Below are positions 48,796 to 62,008 of a stretch of 64,000 nt of DNA, piece by piece. Source of the stretch: an uncultured delta proteobacterium (lineage in GTDB: Bacteria > Desulfobacterota > Desulfuromonadia > Geobacterales > DSM-12255). The position numbers and the translations under genes are program-made. Position 1 is the first letter of the stretch. The number at the start of each line of letters is the position of its first letter. The notes under the pieces were generated by a model. It did not search any database. It was not told where the DNA came from and saw nothing but the letters and a program-made list of their open reading frames with translations. The stretch covers positions 256,001-320,000 of the forward strand of contig CAWBBV010000007.1 in assembly GCA_963787125.1 (NCBI GenBank), in the 5' to 3' direction.

Positions 48796-50427
48796 ATGAA
48801 AAAAAGACTGTTCACAGCCTTGGTAGTCGGCAGCGCAGCTGTTGCCTTGGGCATCCCTGGTGTTACGGCAGCGGCCAAGGCAAAGCCTGCGGCGAAGATG
48901 GCCAATGATGGCCGTGCCAAGTGCTATGAGTGCCACGATGAGGTGAAAGCGCTGAAAGAGGGTTCCAAACATGCAAAGCTTGCCTGTACTGTCTGTCATG
49001 ACAAACTTGATGCCCATATGGACGATCCGGAGAAGAACAAGCCGGTAACGGTTATTGATCAGGCCCTTTGCGGCAAATGCCATAAGGACCAGTTTGAAAG
49101 CTTCTATAAAATCAATCACGAAGCCGCAGCCCGTAAGGAGAAGGGGATTCCGTCCGGCCGATCGCCGATGCAGGACAAGTTGCTGGCGCCTTACGGCTTC
49201 ACCTTCGAACATAATGAACCCCGCGGCCATGCCTATATGGTTATCGATCAGTTTGCGGTCGATCGTTTTCAGGGGGGGAGATTCCAGTTCAAGGATGGCT
49301 GGAAAGGGGCTGACGCCAACGGAAAAACCTGGGATGTTCTGGTTGACAAGGCTGAGGGAAACAAGGAGTGGAAGCCGCTCTCCCAGAGTGCCATGGCAGG
49401 TAACCCGACCTGTATTCAGTGCAAGACCTCAGACCATATCCTGAAATGGAAATTTCTGGGGGACAAGGATCCCAAGGCAAAGTGGAGCCGCGAATCTAAT
49501 ATTGTCGATGTGGCCAAGGACACTAATAATGCGGTCGGCTGTATTCACTGTCACGACCCGCATGGCACTCAACCCCGTATTGTCCGCGATGAACTGATTA
49601 ACCAGATTGACAAGGGTTCCAAAATGTTTGCCGGCAAGGATGGCAAGACGGATCTAAAGGTAATCAGTTTCCGCGACGGTTTCCGCAAGATAGGGGTGAT
49701 GAAAAAAACTGACTCCCGCATGATGTGCGCTCAGTGTCATGTTGAGTACGCCTGCGGCAAAGGGTATGAATTCGGCACCGCTAAGCCTGTCGGCTTTGAT
49801 GATCAGCGCACCAATCATATGCCGTTGAAGCAGGTTAAGGAGCTGCTGGAACATTATCGTGCTTTGAAATTTTTCGATTTCAAGCATGAGGTGACCGGGG
49901 CGCAGTTAGTCAAACTTCAGCATCCCGAGGCAGAAACCTATTCAGGTAGCGTGCACGACAAAGCTGGAGTCCAGTGTCATCAGTGCCATATGCCCAAGCA
50001 GAAGGGCAAGGGGGGGAAGACCTTCTCAAGCCATGGTGTGATCCGTCCTAGAAATCATATCAAGGAGTCCTGCCTGGGATGCCATCCCAAGGATACAGTG
50101 GAGAAAAAACTTTTTGAAATTGACACCATCCAGAATTATACCCGCGGCAAGATGCGCAAGGCAGAGTACTGGCTGGGGCAGTTGATTGACACCTATGCGG
50201 CCGCACAGCGTATGGGGGTTGTGCCGACCGTCCTTGATCAGGCCAGGGTCAAGCACGAAGAGGCTCACGTCCTTTGGGAGTGGTGGACTGCCGAGAACTC
50301 CGATGGGTTTCACAACCCTGGACTGGCACGAGACAGTCTTGGACTGTCCATAACAGCTTCCAAAGCCGGGGTAAAGGTGCTCAACGATGCAATGGCAGTG
50401 ATCAGGAAGGATGAAGTGAAGAAATAG
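48796..50427 (+). CDS. Octaheme ammonia-forming cytochrome c nitrite reductase (ONR/TvNiR type)
   Basis: 7 CxxCH + catalytic CIQCK; EHNEPRGHAYM, CAQCHVEY, KLQHPE, AENSDGFHNP; signal peptide. Confidence 0.9.
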   Translation: MKKRLFTALVVGSAAVALGIPGVTAAAKAKPAAKMANDGRAKCYECHDEVKALKEGSKHAKLACTVCHDKLDAHMDDPEKNKPVTVIDQALCGKCHKDQFESFYKINHEAAARKEKGIPSGRSPMQDKLLAPYGFTFEHNEPRGHAYMVIDQFAVDRFQGGRFQFKDGWKGADANGKTWDVLVDKAEGNKEWKPLSQSAMAGNPTCIQCKTSDHILKWKFLGDKDPKAKWSRESNIVDVAKDTNNAVGCIHCHDPHGTQPRIVRDELINQIDKGSKMFAGKDGKTDLKVISFRDGFRKIGVMKKTDSRMMCAQCHVEYACGKGYEFGTAKPVGFDDQRTNHMPLKQVKELLEHYRALKFFDFKHEVTGAQLVKLQHPEAETYSGSVHDKAGVQCHQCHMPKQKGKGGKTFSSHGVIRPRNHIKESCLGCHPKDTVEKKLFEIDTIQNYTRGKMRKAEYWLGQLIDTYAAAQRMGVVPTVLDQARVKHEEAHVLWEWWTAENSDGFHNPGLARDSLGLSITASKAGVKVLNDAMAVIRKDEVKK

Positions 50428-50446
50428 TTGATGCCAGCAAGCATGT

Positions 50447-50480
50447 AAAAAAGAGGGCGGACGACAGTCCGCCCTCTTTT
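50447..50480. terminator. Bidirectional terminator between convergent genes
   Basis: aaaaaagagggcggac-gaca-gtccgccctctttt. Confidence 0.88.
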
Positions 50481-50505
50481 ATTGTGGAGAGGCTAAACTG
50501 CAAAT

Positions 50506-51243
50506 CTAATAGTATTTTTCCAGAAGTTTGCTGGCTTCAAGGATGAATTTACTGTCAGGAAAGTCTGTGGAAAGCCGGTTGAAGGCATCTTTAGCCTTAT
50601 CAGGCAGACCGCTTTTAAGGCGGGATGCTCCGAGCAGGAACCAGGTTTCATCGTGAAGCGGGCTCTTGGGAGAGACTGCCAGAAGCTCTTCAAGGCGCTT
50701 GATGGCAGACTCGTACTTTTCTGTCCGGTAGTAGAAGCTGGCAACATACTGCTCATACTGGATCTGCTGCTGGAGAACGGCTTCACGTTTCTCTTTAACA
50801 TCCGCTGCATACTGTGACTTGGGGAATTTATCAAGGAACTCATCAAAATAGATAATTGTGTTCTTCTGCGGAGTTTGATCCCGGTCCATGCCGGTGATCT
50901 GGTTGAAGTTTGCAAGTCCGACCCGGTAGAGGGCGTATGCAGCTTTTGGGTGGGTGGGGTGGAGTTTGCGGAACTGATTGTATTCTGAAGACGCTTCAAT
51001 GAAGCGTTCAGACTCAAAATAGGCGTCAGCAATACGCAGTTCGGCATTGCTGGACATCTCGGTTGAAGCGTAAGCGTCCCTTACCTTTTTGTACTGGGCA
51101 ATGGCATCGTCATAATGCTTGGATTCATAAAGGCTTTCGCCCTCTTTGTAGATTGCTGCAGGCTGCGTTTCAATAGGGACGGAGGCGCAGGCAGAGAGGA
51201 GCGAAAGGAGCAGCAATGGGGCAAGTTTTCGTGAATCAGGCAT
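50506..51243 (-). CDS. bamD: Outer membrane protein assembly lipoprotein BamD
   Basis: Lipobox LSAC, TPR repeats, F..LHPTHP, DRDQTP. Confidence 0.88.
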   Translation of the reverse strand: MPDSRKLAPLLLLSLLSACASVPIETQPAAIYKEGESLYESKHYDDAIAQYKKVRDAYASTEMSSNAELRIADAYFESERFIEASSEYNQFRKLHPTHPKAAYALYRVGLANFNQITGMDRDQTPQKNTIIYFDEFLDKFPKSQYAADVKEKREAVLQQQIQYEQYVASFYYRTEKYESAIKRLEELLAVSPKSPLHDETWFLLGASRLKSGLPDKAKDAFNRLSTDFPDSKFILEASKLLEKYY

Positions 51244-51412
51244 TATTTATATCCTGGATAAGTTTCCGGACAAGTTAGTGAAACCAATCAAAAAAGTCAA
51301 GCATATGCAAATAGCCAGCTGATAACAGCACCTTAAACAAAGAGCAACAGAGAAATCGTAAACAATAACGAGTAACTCTGTTGCTCCGTGTGACAAATGC
51401 GTATTCAGGTGG

Positions 51413-53209
<1,797 letters not shown>

Positions 53210-53360
53210 ATCTCTACTCCTAATGTGATTCCTGATCCGAAATCTGAAAAAATGAAAGACGGGCGGTTCCGTCGTCAAAAAGCTTTTAACTATGCCAATA
53301 AAGTGCTGATAATTCAAGTTAAAATTTATTTTTAAATTATGGCAACCTTTTCTTTTACGG

Positions 53361-54473
53361 CTACCTGATCGGAACCAGATCGATAACCGTTATTTCCGGT
53401 GGCGCCAGAAATCGTATCGGCGGTCCCCATTCTCCCGTGCCGCGGCTTACATAAAGATGTGAGCCGTTTTTTAATTCAGTCAGCCCGACTCTTACCGGAA
53501 AGCTCAGCCAGGTAATAAAGTTGAACGGAAATATCTGTCCTTTGTGGACGTGACCTGAGAGTTGCAGTTCGAATTTACCCGCAGAGCTGTTTTCAAGGAT
53601 GGGACGATGTTTCAAAAGTAGCCTGAATGTGTCTTGCGGCAAGGCTTCCAGGAGGTTTCTTTCAATAACTGCATTTACCAGCCGCGCAGCCTTATTATGC
53701 GAGTCATCAACACCGGTAATGCAAAGTCCGGCGCCAGTATTGAAATTTTCGTTTTTCAGCAGCTTGAAGCCGGCGCCCTGCATAAATTTAACAGAATCAT
53801 CAACCCCGGCGTAATACTCATGGTTGCCAAGGATCGCATACTTGCCAAGGCGAGGGTTGACATTGAGGAAAAGTTGCTCAAGACCGATAAAATGTTTTTG
53901 ATGACCATCGACAAGGTCTCCGGTTGAGACAAGAATGTCCGGCGATGCCGCCTTGACAGCTTGCAGAACAGCTTTTACTCTGCTTTCCCGCACTATTTGT
54001 CCTATGTGAAGATCAGATATCTGGACGATTCTGATTCGGCCGATATTTGCCGGAAGACGGTTACTCTTGATTGTCAGCTGTTCAGTGACTATATTCAATG
54101 CTTCATGGTAGCCATAGATTCCTATAACCAGAGTGTAAGCGGCAGACGCAATAAAAAGCGTTTTTGGCTTAATTTTTAGAGAAGTTTTGGCGAGGGTCAG
54201 GTTAACAATGTCGATAACCACTGCGGCGCTAACAAAAAGAAAGAGCAGCCCCATCCAGAGATAGCCGCTGCCGGACAGAATGTCCGCTAGATTCTCGTAT
54301 CCAAAAGACTCCAGTTTTCGGGATAGAAGCGGCGAGATGAATAGAAATGCCAGCAAAGCGATGAAGAGAAACTGCTTCTTCAGGGAAAGAGGGTATGCTC
54401 GCTTGAGTTTTATGTAGAAATAGAGATGCGCTCCACCATAAGCAATAATGTAAAAGGTGAGAAATCTGTACAC
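53361..54473 (-). CDS. Membrane-anchored metallophosphoesterase (YkuE/YaeI-like)
   Basis: N-terminal TM helices, SDLH, TGDLVD, GNHE, LSGHVHKGQIFPF; likely GTG start 54473. Confidence 0.88.
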   Translation of the reverse strand: MYRFLTFYIIAYGGAHLYFYIKLKRAYPLSLKKQFLFIALLAFLFISPLLSRKLESFGYENLADILSGSGYLWMGLLFLFVSAAVVIDIVNLTLAKTSLKIKPKTLFIASAAYTLVIGIYGYHEALNIVTEQLTIKSNRLPANIGRIRIVQISDLHIGQIVRESRVKAVLQAVKAASPDILVSTGDLVDGHQKHFIGLEQLFLNVNPRLGKYAILGNHEYYAGVDDSVKFMQGAGFKLLKNENFNTGAGLCITGVDDSHNKAARLVNAVIERNLLEALPQDTFRLLLKHRPILENSSAGKFELQLSGHVHKGQIFPFNFITWLSFPVRVGLTELKNGSHLYVSRGTGEWGPPIRFLAPPEITVIDLVPIR

Positions 54474-54506
54474 ATCCACCCCCGATTGTTTTTTAGAGGC
54501 ATTAAG

Positions 54507-55901
54507 ATGCAGCTTTTGCGTAAAAAAGTCATGCAATTTATCAGGTCACACAGCTTGTTCACTCCTGGAGACAAGGTCATTGTTGCCTTCTCCGGCGGAG
54601 CTGATTCTATGGCGATGTTGGATATTCTGGCGCATCTACCGGAGTTACCGCTCAATCTTGTGGTCGCCCACTTGAATCACCGTTTGCGGGGAGATGAGTC
54701 GGATATTGATGAGCTGTTTGCGCGGCAAATTGCGGAGAAATATGCTTTGCCGCTGGAAATATCGAGAGTTGATGTCGCTGCGTTTGCAAAGGATAAAGGG
54801 TTGTCGCTGGAGGAGGCCGGGAGAGATGCAAGGCGCACCTTTCTGGCGACAGCTGCGAGGAAGCATGGCGCCTTAGCTGTTGCTCTTGGACATCACCGGG
54901 ATGATCAGGCGGAGACTTTTCTCCTCAGGCTTGTCAGGGGGGCGGCAGGGAGCGGTTTGACCGGGATGCAACCTGAAAACCGCGGAACTCTTTTTGTCAG
55001 GCCGCTGCTCTGCCTTGATCGTTCTGTAATAAAGGCTTATCTGCACAAGAGGTCACTTGCGTGGCGAGAGGACGCCAGTAACAGCGATACTAAATTTCTC
55101 CGTAACCGGATCAGGCATGAACTGCTGCCATTGCTGATGAATTATAACCCCTCCATTACAGGACTGCTCAATCAGACGGCAGAGGCGCTTGCAGCTGATG
55201 AAGAGCTGCTTGTGGCAGTGACTGAAAATGCTTTTTTGCGGCTTGGTTCAACAGTTTCTTCAGGAATCAACCTCAATATCGAGTTGCTCAAAAAAGAGCC
55301 GGAGGCACTCCGAAAAAGGCTGTACCGCAGGAGCCTGTCTGCTCTCAGAGGTGACCTTAGGCGGATATCTTCAAGACATCTGGCTGATATGGATAAGTTG
55401 ATGCTTTTGAAAAAAGGGAGCGGCAGCCTTGCGCTCCCTTTCGGGACTCTTGTGGTGAGAGAGTACAACTCATTGCTAATAACAACTAAGACTGCTACAG
55501 AATTGGTAACAACGCAGGGTGAAATAACGATCAGCAGTTGTGGTTCCTTCCGTTTGACACGCTGCCGGACGCTTACAATTGAAAACGTGGCTGCTGTCAC
55601 CATTAACCGGCAGACAGCAGATAAGGAGACCGTATTCATCGATTCCGAGCAACTCCCTTTCCCCTGGACAGTTCGCAGCTTCATTGAAGGTGATCGTTTT
55701 GTTCCTTTAGGGATGCAAGGACGCAAGAAGGTGAAGGATCTGTTCATTGATAGGAAAATCCCCTGGAATGAACGTCGTAATATTCCGATTCTTCTCTGTA
55801 ATGAGGAGATCTTCTGGGTTGGCGGGGTGCAGCTGGCAGAAAAAGCAAGAATCAGTGCACCGGCAAAAAACCTGCTCTGTTTGCGGATTGGTTACAGTTA
55901 G
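54507..55901 (+). CDS. tilS: tRNA(Ile)-lysidine synthetase
   Basis: AFSGGADS, HLNHRLRG, HHRDDQAET, RNRIRHELLP; ATG 54507. Confidence 0.94.
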   Translation: MQLLRKKVMQFIRSHSLFTPGDKVIVAFSGGADSMAMLDILAHLPELPLNLVVAHLNHRLRGDESDIDELFARQIAEKYALPLEISRVDVAAFAKDKGLSLEEAGRDARRTFLATAARKHGALAVALGHHRDDQAETFLLRLVRGAAGSGLTGMQPENRGTLFVRPLLCLDRSVIKAYLHKRSLAWREDASNSDTKFLRNRIRHELLPLLMNYNPSITGLLNQTAEALAADEELLVAVTENAFLRLGSTVSSGINLNIELLKKEPEALRKRLYRRSLSALRGDLRRISSRHLADMDKLMLLKKGSGSLALPFGTLVVREYNSLLITTKTATELVTTQGEITISSCGSFRLTRCRTLTIENVAAVTINRQTADKETVFIDSEQLPFPWTVRSFIEGDRFVPLGMQGRKKVKDLFIDRKIPWNERRNIPILLCNEEIFWVGGVQLAEKARISAPAKNLLCLRIGYS

Positions 55902-56034
55902 TCGTAGTCACGGCATGAACCGTTACGGCATTAAATCTTGTCTTGATGCCACTGTTGTGATAATTTTTGGTGAATTTGCAGTAGACTTCGCAGCGCTCCA
56001 CGAAGAGTGCTCGTTGTTATAAAAGGGGGCAATT

Positions 56035-57855
56035 TTGAACCAGTTTTATAAAAACCTTTCCTTGTGGCTTGTCATCAGCCTGATGATGATCCTTCTCTTC
56101 AATCTCTTTAATAAGCCAAAACCGGTACAGGAAAGGCTTAATTACAGTGATTTCATCACAGCTGTTGATGGTGGTAAAGTCAAGTCCGTCGTCATTGCCG
56201 GTAATGATGTTCACGGTAAGTATACAGACGGCAAGGAGTTCACTACCTACAGGCCCTCTGATGCTTCTATCTCAGAGTCATTACTTGAGAAAAAAGTTGA
56301 GGTTTCTGCCAAGCCTGAAGAGGAAAAATTCTCCTGGTTCTCAATTTTCATCTCCTGGTTTCCGCTGATCCTTTTGGTAGGTGTCTGGATATTCTTCATG
56401 CGCCAGATGCAGGCTGGCGGCGGCAAGGCGATGTCTTTTGGCAAGAGTCGCGCCAAGCTCCTGACCGAGTCGTCGGTGAAGATAACCTTTGAAGATGTTG
56501 CCGGGATAGAAGAGGCAAAGGAGGAGCTTGAGGAGATAATTCAGTTCCTTAAAGATCCGAAGAAGTTCACCAAGCTTGGTGGGCGGATTCCTAAAGGTGT
56601 CCTGCTCATGGGGCCTCCCGGTACAGGCAAAACCCTTCTTGCCCGGGCTATTGCCGGTGAAGCGGGAGTGCCGTTTTTTTCGATCTCCGGTTCTGACTTT
56701 GTCGAGATGTTTGTTGGTGTCGGCGCAAGTCGTGTCCGTGATCTCTTTGTTCAAGGGAAGAAAAGTGCTCCCTGTATCATTTTTATAGATGAGATTGATG
56801 CTGTCGGTCGCCACAGGGGCGCAGGTCTGGGTGGTGGTCATGACGAGCGTGAGCAGACGCTGAATCAGCTGCTGGTGGAGATGGATGGTTTTGAGTCAAA
56901 CGAAGGGGTCATCCTGATCGCGGCAACGAATCGCCCGGATGTTCTCGATCCGGCACTGCTGCGACCGGGGCGTTTTGACCGGCAGGTAGTAGTGCCACGG
57001 CCGGATGTCAAGGGCCGGGAGATGATTCTGAAAGTTCATGCCAAGAAAGTTCCTTTGGCCGATGATGTTAATCTTGAGCTGATGGCGCGGGGTACTCCCG
57101 GTTTTTCCGGTGCTGATCTTTCAAATGCGGTCAATGAGGCTGCTCTCTTGGCTGCCAGAAGGAACAAAGAGAAAGTAGAGATGATTGACTTTGACGATGC
57201 CAAGGACAAGGTGTTGATGGGCGTCGAGCGGCGGAGCATGGTCATTTCCGAGGAAGAGAAGAAGAGCACTGCCTTTCATGAGGCGGGCCATACCCTTGTT
57301 GCCAAACTTTTGCCTGGCAGCGACCCGATCCACAAAGTATCCATCATCCCTCGTGGCAGGGCGCTTGGTGTTACGATGCAGTTGCCGATAGAGGATAAAC
57401 ACAGTTATACCAAAGAGTCTCTGCTGGATCGCATCGCTGTTCTTATGGGAGGGCGTGCAGCGGAGGAAATTGTCTTTAACACCATGACAACTGGTGCCGG
57501 TAATGATATCGAGCGTGCTACCGATATGGCGCGCAAGATGGTGTGCGAATGGGGGATGAGTGACAAGCTTGGCCCGGTCTCATTCGGCAAGAAGGATGAA
57601 CAGATCTTTTTGGGGCGCGAGATGGCGATGCAAAAAAACTACAGCGAAGCGACTGCCGTTGAAATAGATACGGAAATTCGTAAAATAGTTGACGAAAATT
57701 ACGCCAGAGTTAAGCAGATGCTGACAGAAAACCTCGACCTGTTGCACATAATTTCGCAAGCGCTGGTAGAAAAGGAGAATCTGAGCGGAGCTGAGGTTGA
57801 TGAATTGATAAAACCTGCATCACCGGTTGCAACAGAAGCTGAAGCCGCTGTTTAA
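56035..57855 (+). CDS. ftsH: ATP-dependent zinc metalloprotease FtsH
   Basis: [25 protein letters not shown] start. Confidence 0.97.
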   Translation: MNQFYKNLSLWLVISLMMILLFNLFNKPKPVQERLNYSDFITAVDGGKVKSVVIAGNDVHGKYTDGKEFTTYRPSDASISESLLEKKVEVSAKPEEEKFSWFSIFISWFPLILLVGVWIFFMRQMQAGGGKAMSFGKSRAKLLTESSVKITFEDVAGIEEAKEELEEIIQFLKDPKKFTKLGGRIPKGVLLMGPPGTGKTLLARAIAGEAGVPFFSISGSDFVEMFVGVGASRVRDLFVQGKKSAPCIIFIDEIDAVGRHRGAGLGGGHDEREQTLNQLLVEMDGFESNEGVILIAATNRPDVLDPALLRPGRFDRQVVVPRPDVKGREMILKVHAKKVPLADDVNLELMARGTPGFSGADLSNAVNEAALLAARRNKEKVEMIDFDDAKDKVLMGVERRSMVISEEEKKSTAFHEAGHTLVAKLLPGSDPIHKVSIIPRGRALGVTMQLPIEDKHSYTKESLLDRIAVLMGGRAAEEIVFNTMTTGAGNDIERATDMARKMVCEWGMSDKLGPVSFGKKDEQIFLGREMAMQKNYSEATAVEIDTEIRKIVDENYARVKQMLTENLDLLHIISQALVEKENLSGAEVDELIKPASPVATEAEAAV

Positions 57856-58713
57856 ATGATTCCGCCGGTGTCGTCAAAAGAGCTATGGTGTTTTAAGGAT
57901 CGCAGCATCGAGCTTTCCTCCAGACCGTGTCTCATGGGGATTCTGAATCTAACCCCCGATTCATTCTCTGACGGCAGCAGCTATCGTTCAGTTCAGGATG
58001 CTGTTGCTGCGGCCGAAAAGATGGTTGCTGACGGCGCTGATATAATTGATATCGGTGGCGAGAGTACCAGGCCGGATGCCAAGCCTGTTGATGCTACAGA
58101 AGAGTTAAGCAGGGTAATCCCGGTTATAGAGCGGCTTGCCGGCCGGGTTACAGTCCCGATTTCCATTGATACCTGGAAAGCTGAAGTCGCTGAAGCCGCT
58201 CTGAAAGCTGGCGCGCAGATCATAAATGATATCAGCGCAATGACTTTTGATCCCCAAATGGCAGAAACTGTTGCCGCATCCGGAGCAGGGATTGTCCTGA
58301 TGCACACCCGTGGCAGGCCTGCCGAGATGCAGAGAGATACCGGGTATACTGATATTGTTGCCGAGATTTCTGCTTTTCTTAAAGAACGAATCGCCGTGGC
58401 GCTTGCTGCAGGAATCAGGGTAGAACAGATTGTTGTTGATCCCGGTATCGGCTTTGGCAAAAGCGTGTCCGGTAATCTGGAGATCATCCGCAGGCTTAGT
58501 GAGTTTTCATGTCTGAACAGGCCAGTTTTGATCGGGACATCAAGAAAATCTTTTATCGGCGCAGCTCTTGGCCGAGATGTCAATGCTCGCCTTTTCGGTA
58601 CGTCTGCTTCTGTTGCGGTAGGCATGATGAACGGAGCGTCGATATTCAGAGTTCATGACGTTAGCGCTATGCGTGATTGTGTTGATATGGTAAGGGCTAT
58701 TATGAAATCATAA
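57856..58713 (+). CDS. folP: Dihydropteroate synthase
   Basis: MGILNLTPDSFSDG, GGESTRP, DPGIGFGK, GTSRKSFIG, RVHDV. Confidence 0.96.
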   Translation: MIPPVSSKELWCFKDRSIELSSRPCLMGILNLTPDSFSDGSSYRSVQDAVAAAEKMVADGADIIDIGGESTRPDAKPVDATEELSRVIPVIERLAGRVTVPISIDTWKAEVAEAALKAGAQIINDISAMTFDPQMAETVAASGAGIVLMHTRGRPAEMQRDTGYTDIVAEISAFLKERIAVALAAGIRVEQIVVDPGIGFGKSVSGNLEIIRRLSEFSCLNRPVLIGTSRKSFIGAALGRDVNARLFGTSASVAVGMMNGASIFRVHDVSAMRDCVDMVRAIMKS

Positions 58714-58725
58714 CTGTATTTTTCG

Positions 58726-59514
58726 GTGAAAGCTATGTGGGCTCTGCTGCAAAAAACTGATTGGCTGCTGACCAGCGCAGACATCCTGCTGGTCGCAATC
58801 AGTATCTACCAACTTCTTCGCTTTTTGCGCGAGTCCACTGCCGTGCGCATCTTGCTTACTCTTCCGTTAGTCATAATTGCCTATCTTTTTGCCCGCCTCT
58901 CAGGATTGATTACCTTTACCTGGCTGCTCGACAATTTTCTAACATCGATGCTCCTTGTCATGGTCGTTATTTTCCAGTATGACATTCGTCGGGCGATGCT
59001 TTCCTTCAATCGCAGCAGGGTAGCCAAAAACGGTGATGCAGAAATCGATGAAAGTGAATCTGACCTTGTTCTGCAGCAGCTTGTTGATGCTGCCCGTGCA
59101 CTGTCAGAACGGCGTAATGGCGCGCTGATAGTCATTCAGAGGGAAATGTCGCTAGAGCTTTTCATGGCTGTGGGGACGCAGATTGACGCTAAAATTACCA
59201 GTGAACTGATTACATCAATCTTTCTACCCTATTCGCCGATTCATGATGGTGCAGTGATTATCCAGAACGGCAAGCTGACGCAGGCTGGTTGCTTTCTGCC
59301 GTTAACTCAGAATCCTGATATCGCCAAGGAGCTAGGCACAAGGCATAGGGCCGCAATTGGGCTTACCGAGCTGGTTGATGCTTTGGTGATTGTTGTTTCC
59401 GAGGAGACAGGCTCAATTTCAGTCGTTTCCGGCGGGAGGATAACCAGCGATCTTGAATCTGCTGCGCTTAAGAAGCTGCTGCGGCGATTGGTCGAACCGA
59501 GGTGGTTGCAATGA
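58726..59514 (+). CDS. cdaA: Diadenylate cyclase CdaA
   Basis: Three N-terminal TM helices, HDGAVII, LGTRHRAAIG, VSEETG. Confidence 0.92.
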   Translation: MKAMWALLQKTDWLLTSADILLVAISIYQLLRFLRESTAVRILLTLPLVIIAYLFARLSGLITFTWLLDNFLTSMLLVMVVIFQYDIRRAMLSFNRSRVAKNGDAEIDESESDLVLQQLVDAARALSERRNGALIVIQREMSLELFMAVGTQIDAKITSELITSIFLPYSPIHDGAVIIQNGKLTQAGCFLPLTQNPDIAKELGTRHRAAIGLTELVDALVIVVSEETGSISVVSGGRITSDLESAALKKLLRRLVEPRWLQ

Positions 59515-59894
59515 GCTTCCCGGTTATCCGCTCAGCTAATTTTCAGCTGAAACTGCTTTCACTGCTGCTTGCCTCTCTTCTCTGGCTTTTTGTAGCCCTT
59601 GAGACGAGCGATCAGCTGGAAATACCGCTCTCTGTGAGTTATGGCCATATCCCTGCCGGACTTGTGGTAAAGACTTCTGCTCTTTCTGGGATGTCGATCA
59701 GGATTGAAGCCCCAAAGATACTGCTTCTGCGGCAGCAGTTGAAAGGCGCTTCAGTGTTGCTCGATCTTTCCGGGGCAAGTGAAGGCAGAACAGTTTATTC
59801 AGGGTTGGAACGTTCGGTTAAGCTCGTTAAAGGGGTAAAACTGCTGGCGCTGTCGCCTGTTGATGCAGAGGTTACTCTTGTCCCTTTCAAGTAA
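59511..59894 (+). CDS. Short CdaR/YbbR-like protein
   Basis: [15 protein letters not shown] anchor; lies between cdaA and glmM; ATG overlaps the cdaA stop. Confidence 0.7.
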   Translation: MSFPVIRSANFQLKLLSLLLASLLWLFVALETSDQLEIPLSVSYGHIPAGLVVKTSALSGMSIRIEAPKILLLRQQLKGASVLLDLSGASEGRTVYSGLERSVKLVKGVKLLALSPVDAEVTLVPFK

Positions 59895-59920
59895 AAAATG
59901 ATCTTTTCACAGGAGGGAAG

Positions 59921-61276
59921 ATGAAAAAACTGTTTGGTACCGACGGCGTCCGCGGGGTTGCCAATGTATATCCGATGACCTCAGAGATGGCGATGCAGAT
60001 TGGCCGCGCCGCCGCATATCTTTTCAAAAACGGTAATCGCCGGCACAGGATTGTCATAGGCAAAGATACAAGGTTGTCTGGGTACATGATAGAAAATGCC
60101 CTTGTCGCCGGGATCTGCTCTATGGGGGTTGATGTTCTTCAAGTCGGGCCTCTGCCGACCCCCGGCATCGCTTACATAACTTCGTCAATGCGTGCAGACG
60201 CAGGGGTTGTTATCTCCGCATCGCACAACCCTTTCCAGGATAACGGTATAAAATTCTTTTTCAAAGATGGGTTTAAACTTCCAGATGAGATTGAGCTTAA
60301 AATAGAAAAGCTGATTTTCTCTGAGAAGATCGATTCTTTAAGGCCGGTGGCAACTGAAGTTGGCAAAGCCTATAGAATGGATGATGCTGCCGGGCGATAT
60401 GTAGTCTTTTTGAAAAGTGCTTTTCCAAAGGATCTTGATCTTGCAGGGATAAAGATAGTTCTGGATTGCGCCAATGGTGCTGCTTATAAGGTTGCACCTG
60501 CAGTGCTTGAAGAGCTTGGTGCTGAGGTCATCCCGATTGGGGTTAAGCCGAATGGTACCAATATTAACGCCGGTTGTGGTTCGCTTTACCCTGAGGTAAT
60601 GAGTGAGGCGGTCAAGATTCATCGTGCTGACCTTGGCATTGCCCTTGACGGCGACGCCGACAGGGTTATTTTTGTGGATGAATTCGGCAATGTGGTTGAT
60701 GGCGATCAGATCATGGCTATCTGCGCAACCGATATGATCAAACAAAAAAAACTCCGCAAGAACACGCTTGTTGCTACAGTCATGAGCAATATGGGGCTTG
60801 ACATTGCCATGAGAAAGGCTGGCGGGAAAGTCATCAAGACTGACGTCGGTGACAGGTATGTTGTCGAGACAATGCGTAAAGGTGGCTACAATCTTGGTGG
60901 CGAACAGTCCGGCCATATGATTTTTCTGGATCATAATACGACCGGTGACGGGGTCCTCTCCGCACTGCAACTTTTGGCAATAATCCGTAGAAGCGGCAAG
61001 AGTCTGTCTGAACTTGCCGAAGTGATGATCCCACTGCCGCAGGTGCTGGTAAATGTCAGGGTTGCAGAAAAACGTGATGTGCTGGAAATTCCTGCTGCCG
61101 CCGAACTGATAAAAGCTATAGAGGCAAAGCTCGGTCTTGATGGCCGGATTCTCATCCGCTATTCCGGCACAGAACCGCTCCTTAGAATTATGATTGAAGG
61201 ACAGGATAAATATCAGATCACAGGTTGGGCAAAGGATATCGCCGAAGCCGTAGAGGCAGCTATAGGGGAGAAGTAG
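59921..61276 (+). CDS. glmM: Phosphoglucosamine mutase
   Basis: [45 protein letters not shown]. Confidence 0.97.
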   Translation: MKKLFGTDGVRGVANVYPMTSEMAMQIGRAAAYLFKNGNRRHRIVIGKDTRLSGYMIENALVAGICSMGVDVLQVGPLPTPGIAYITSSMRADAGVVISASHNPFQDNGIKFFFKDGFKLPDEIELKIEKLIFSEKIDSLRPVATEVGKAYRMDDAAGRYVVFLKSAFPKDLDLAGIKIVLDCANGAAYKVAPAVLEELGAEVIPIGVKPNGTNINAGCGSLYPEVMSEAVKIHRADLGIALDGDADRVIFVDEFGNVVDGDQIMAICATDMIKQKKLRKNTLVATVMSNMGLDIAMRKAGGKVIKTDVGDRYVVETMRKGGYNLGGEQSGHMIFLDHNTTGDGVLSALQLLAIIRRSGKSLSELAEVMIPLPQVLVNVRVAEKRDVLEIPAAAELIKAIEAKLGLDGRILIRYSGTEPLLRIMIEGQDKYQITGWAKDIAEAVEAAIGEK

Positions 61277-61277
61277 A

Positions 61278-61997
61278 ATGGCAAAACTTGGCGTAAATAT
61301 CGATCATGTGGCGACTGTCAGGCAGGCGCGCGGAGGTTTAGAGCCCGATCCAGTCGCTGCTGCCGCAATTGCTGAATTTGCGGGTGCAGATGGAATAACA
61401 GTGCACTTAAGAGAAGATCGGCGCCACATTCAGGACAGAGACCTTAATATCCTCAGAAAAACCATTAAAACCAGACTGAATCTGGAGATGGCGGCAACTG
61501 ATGAAATGGTTTCAATAGCTCAACAGCTAAAACCTGACATGTGTACTCTTGTGCCGGAGAAGCGGCTTGAACTGACTACCGAGGGTGGGCTTGATGTTCG
61601 CTGCAATATGGAACAGATAAAATCGGCAGTAGAGAGGCTGCGTGGAGCCGGGATACCGGTTTCGCTTTTTATTGATGCCGACCCTGACCAGATCAAGTCT
61701 GCCGACAAGGTCGGAGCTGATTTTATCGAGATCCATACAGGCCTGTTTGCGGAAGCTCCCGACTGGAAGAGTGAAGAAAAAGAGTTGATAAGGATCGAGA
61801 ACGGGGTGAAATTGGCACAAAAGCTCGGTCTTGGAGTAAACGCCGGCCATGGCCTTAACTACTCAAACATCAAACGGATTACAGCGATAAAGGGGATAGA
61901 AGAGTACAACATCGGCCATTCGATCATCTCAAGGGCAGTCATGGTCGGACTTGAAAAAGCAGTCAGGGATATGGCCGAGCTGGTCAGGTTTGCCTGA
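61278..61997 (+). CDS. pdxJ: Pyridoxine 5'-phosphate synthase
   Basis: [39 protein letters not shown]. Confidence 0.97.
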   Translation: MAKLGVNIDHVATVRQARGGLEPDPVAAAAIAEFAGADGITVHLREDRRHIQDRDLNILRKTIKTRLNLEMAATDEMVSIAQQLKPDMCTLVPEKRLELTTEGGLDVRCNMEQIKSAVERLRGAGIPVSLFIDADPDQIKSADKVGADFIEIHTGLFAEAPDWKSEEKELIRIENGVKLAQKLGLGVNAGHGLNYSNIKRITAIKGIEEYNIGHSIISRAVMVGLEKAVRDMAELVRFA

Positions 61998-62008
61998 GTA
62001 AAGCTTTA

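Noticed and set aside
53210..54536. Long N-terminal extensions of typA, the metallophosphoesterase and tilS given by the ORF track
   Set aside because: RBS positions and homology favour starts at 53209, 54473 and 54507, which remove the apparent overlap.
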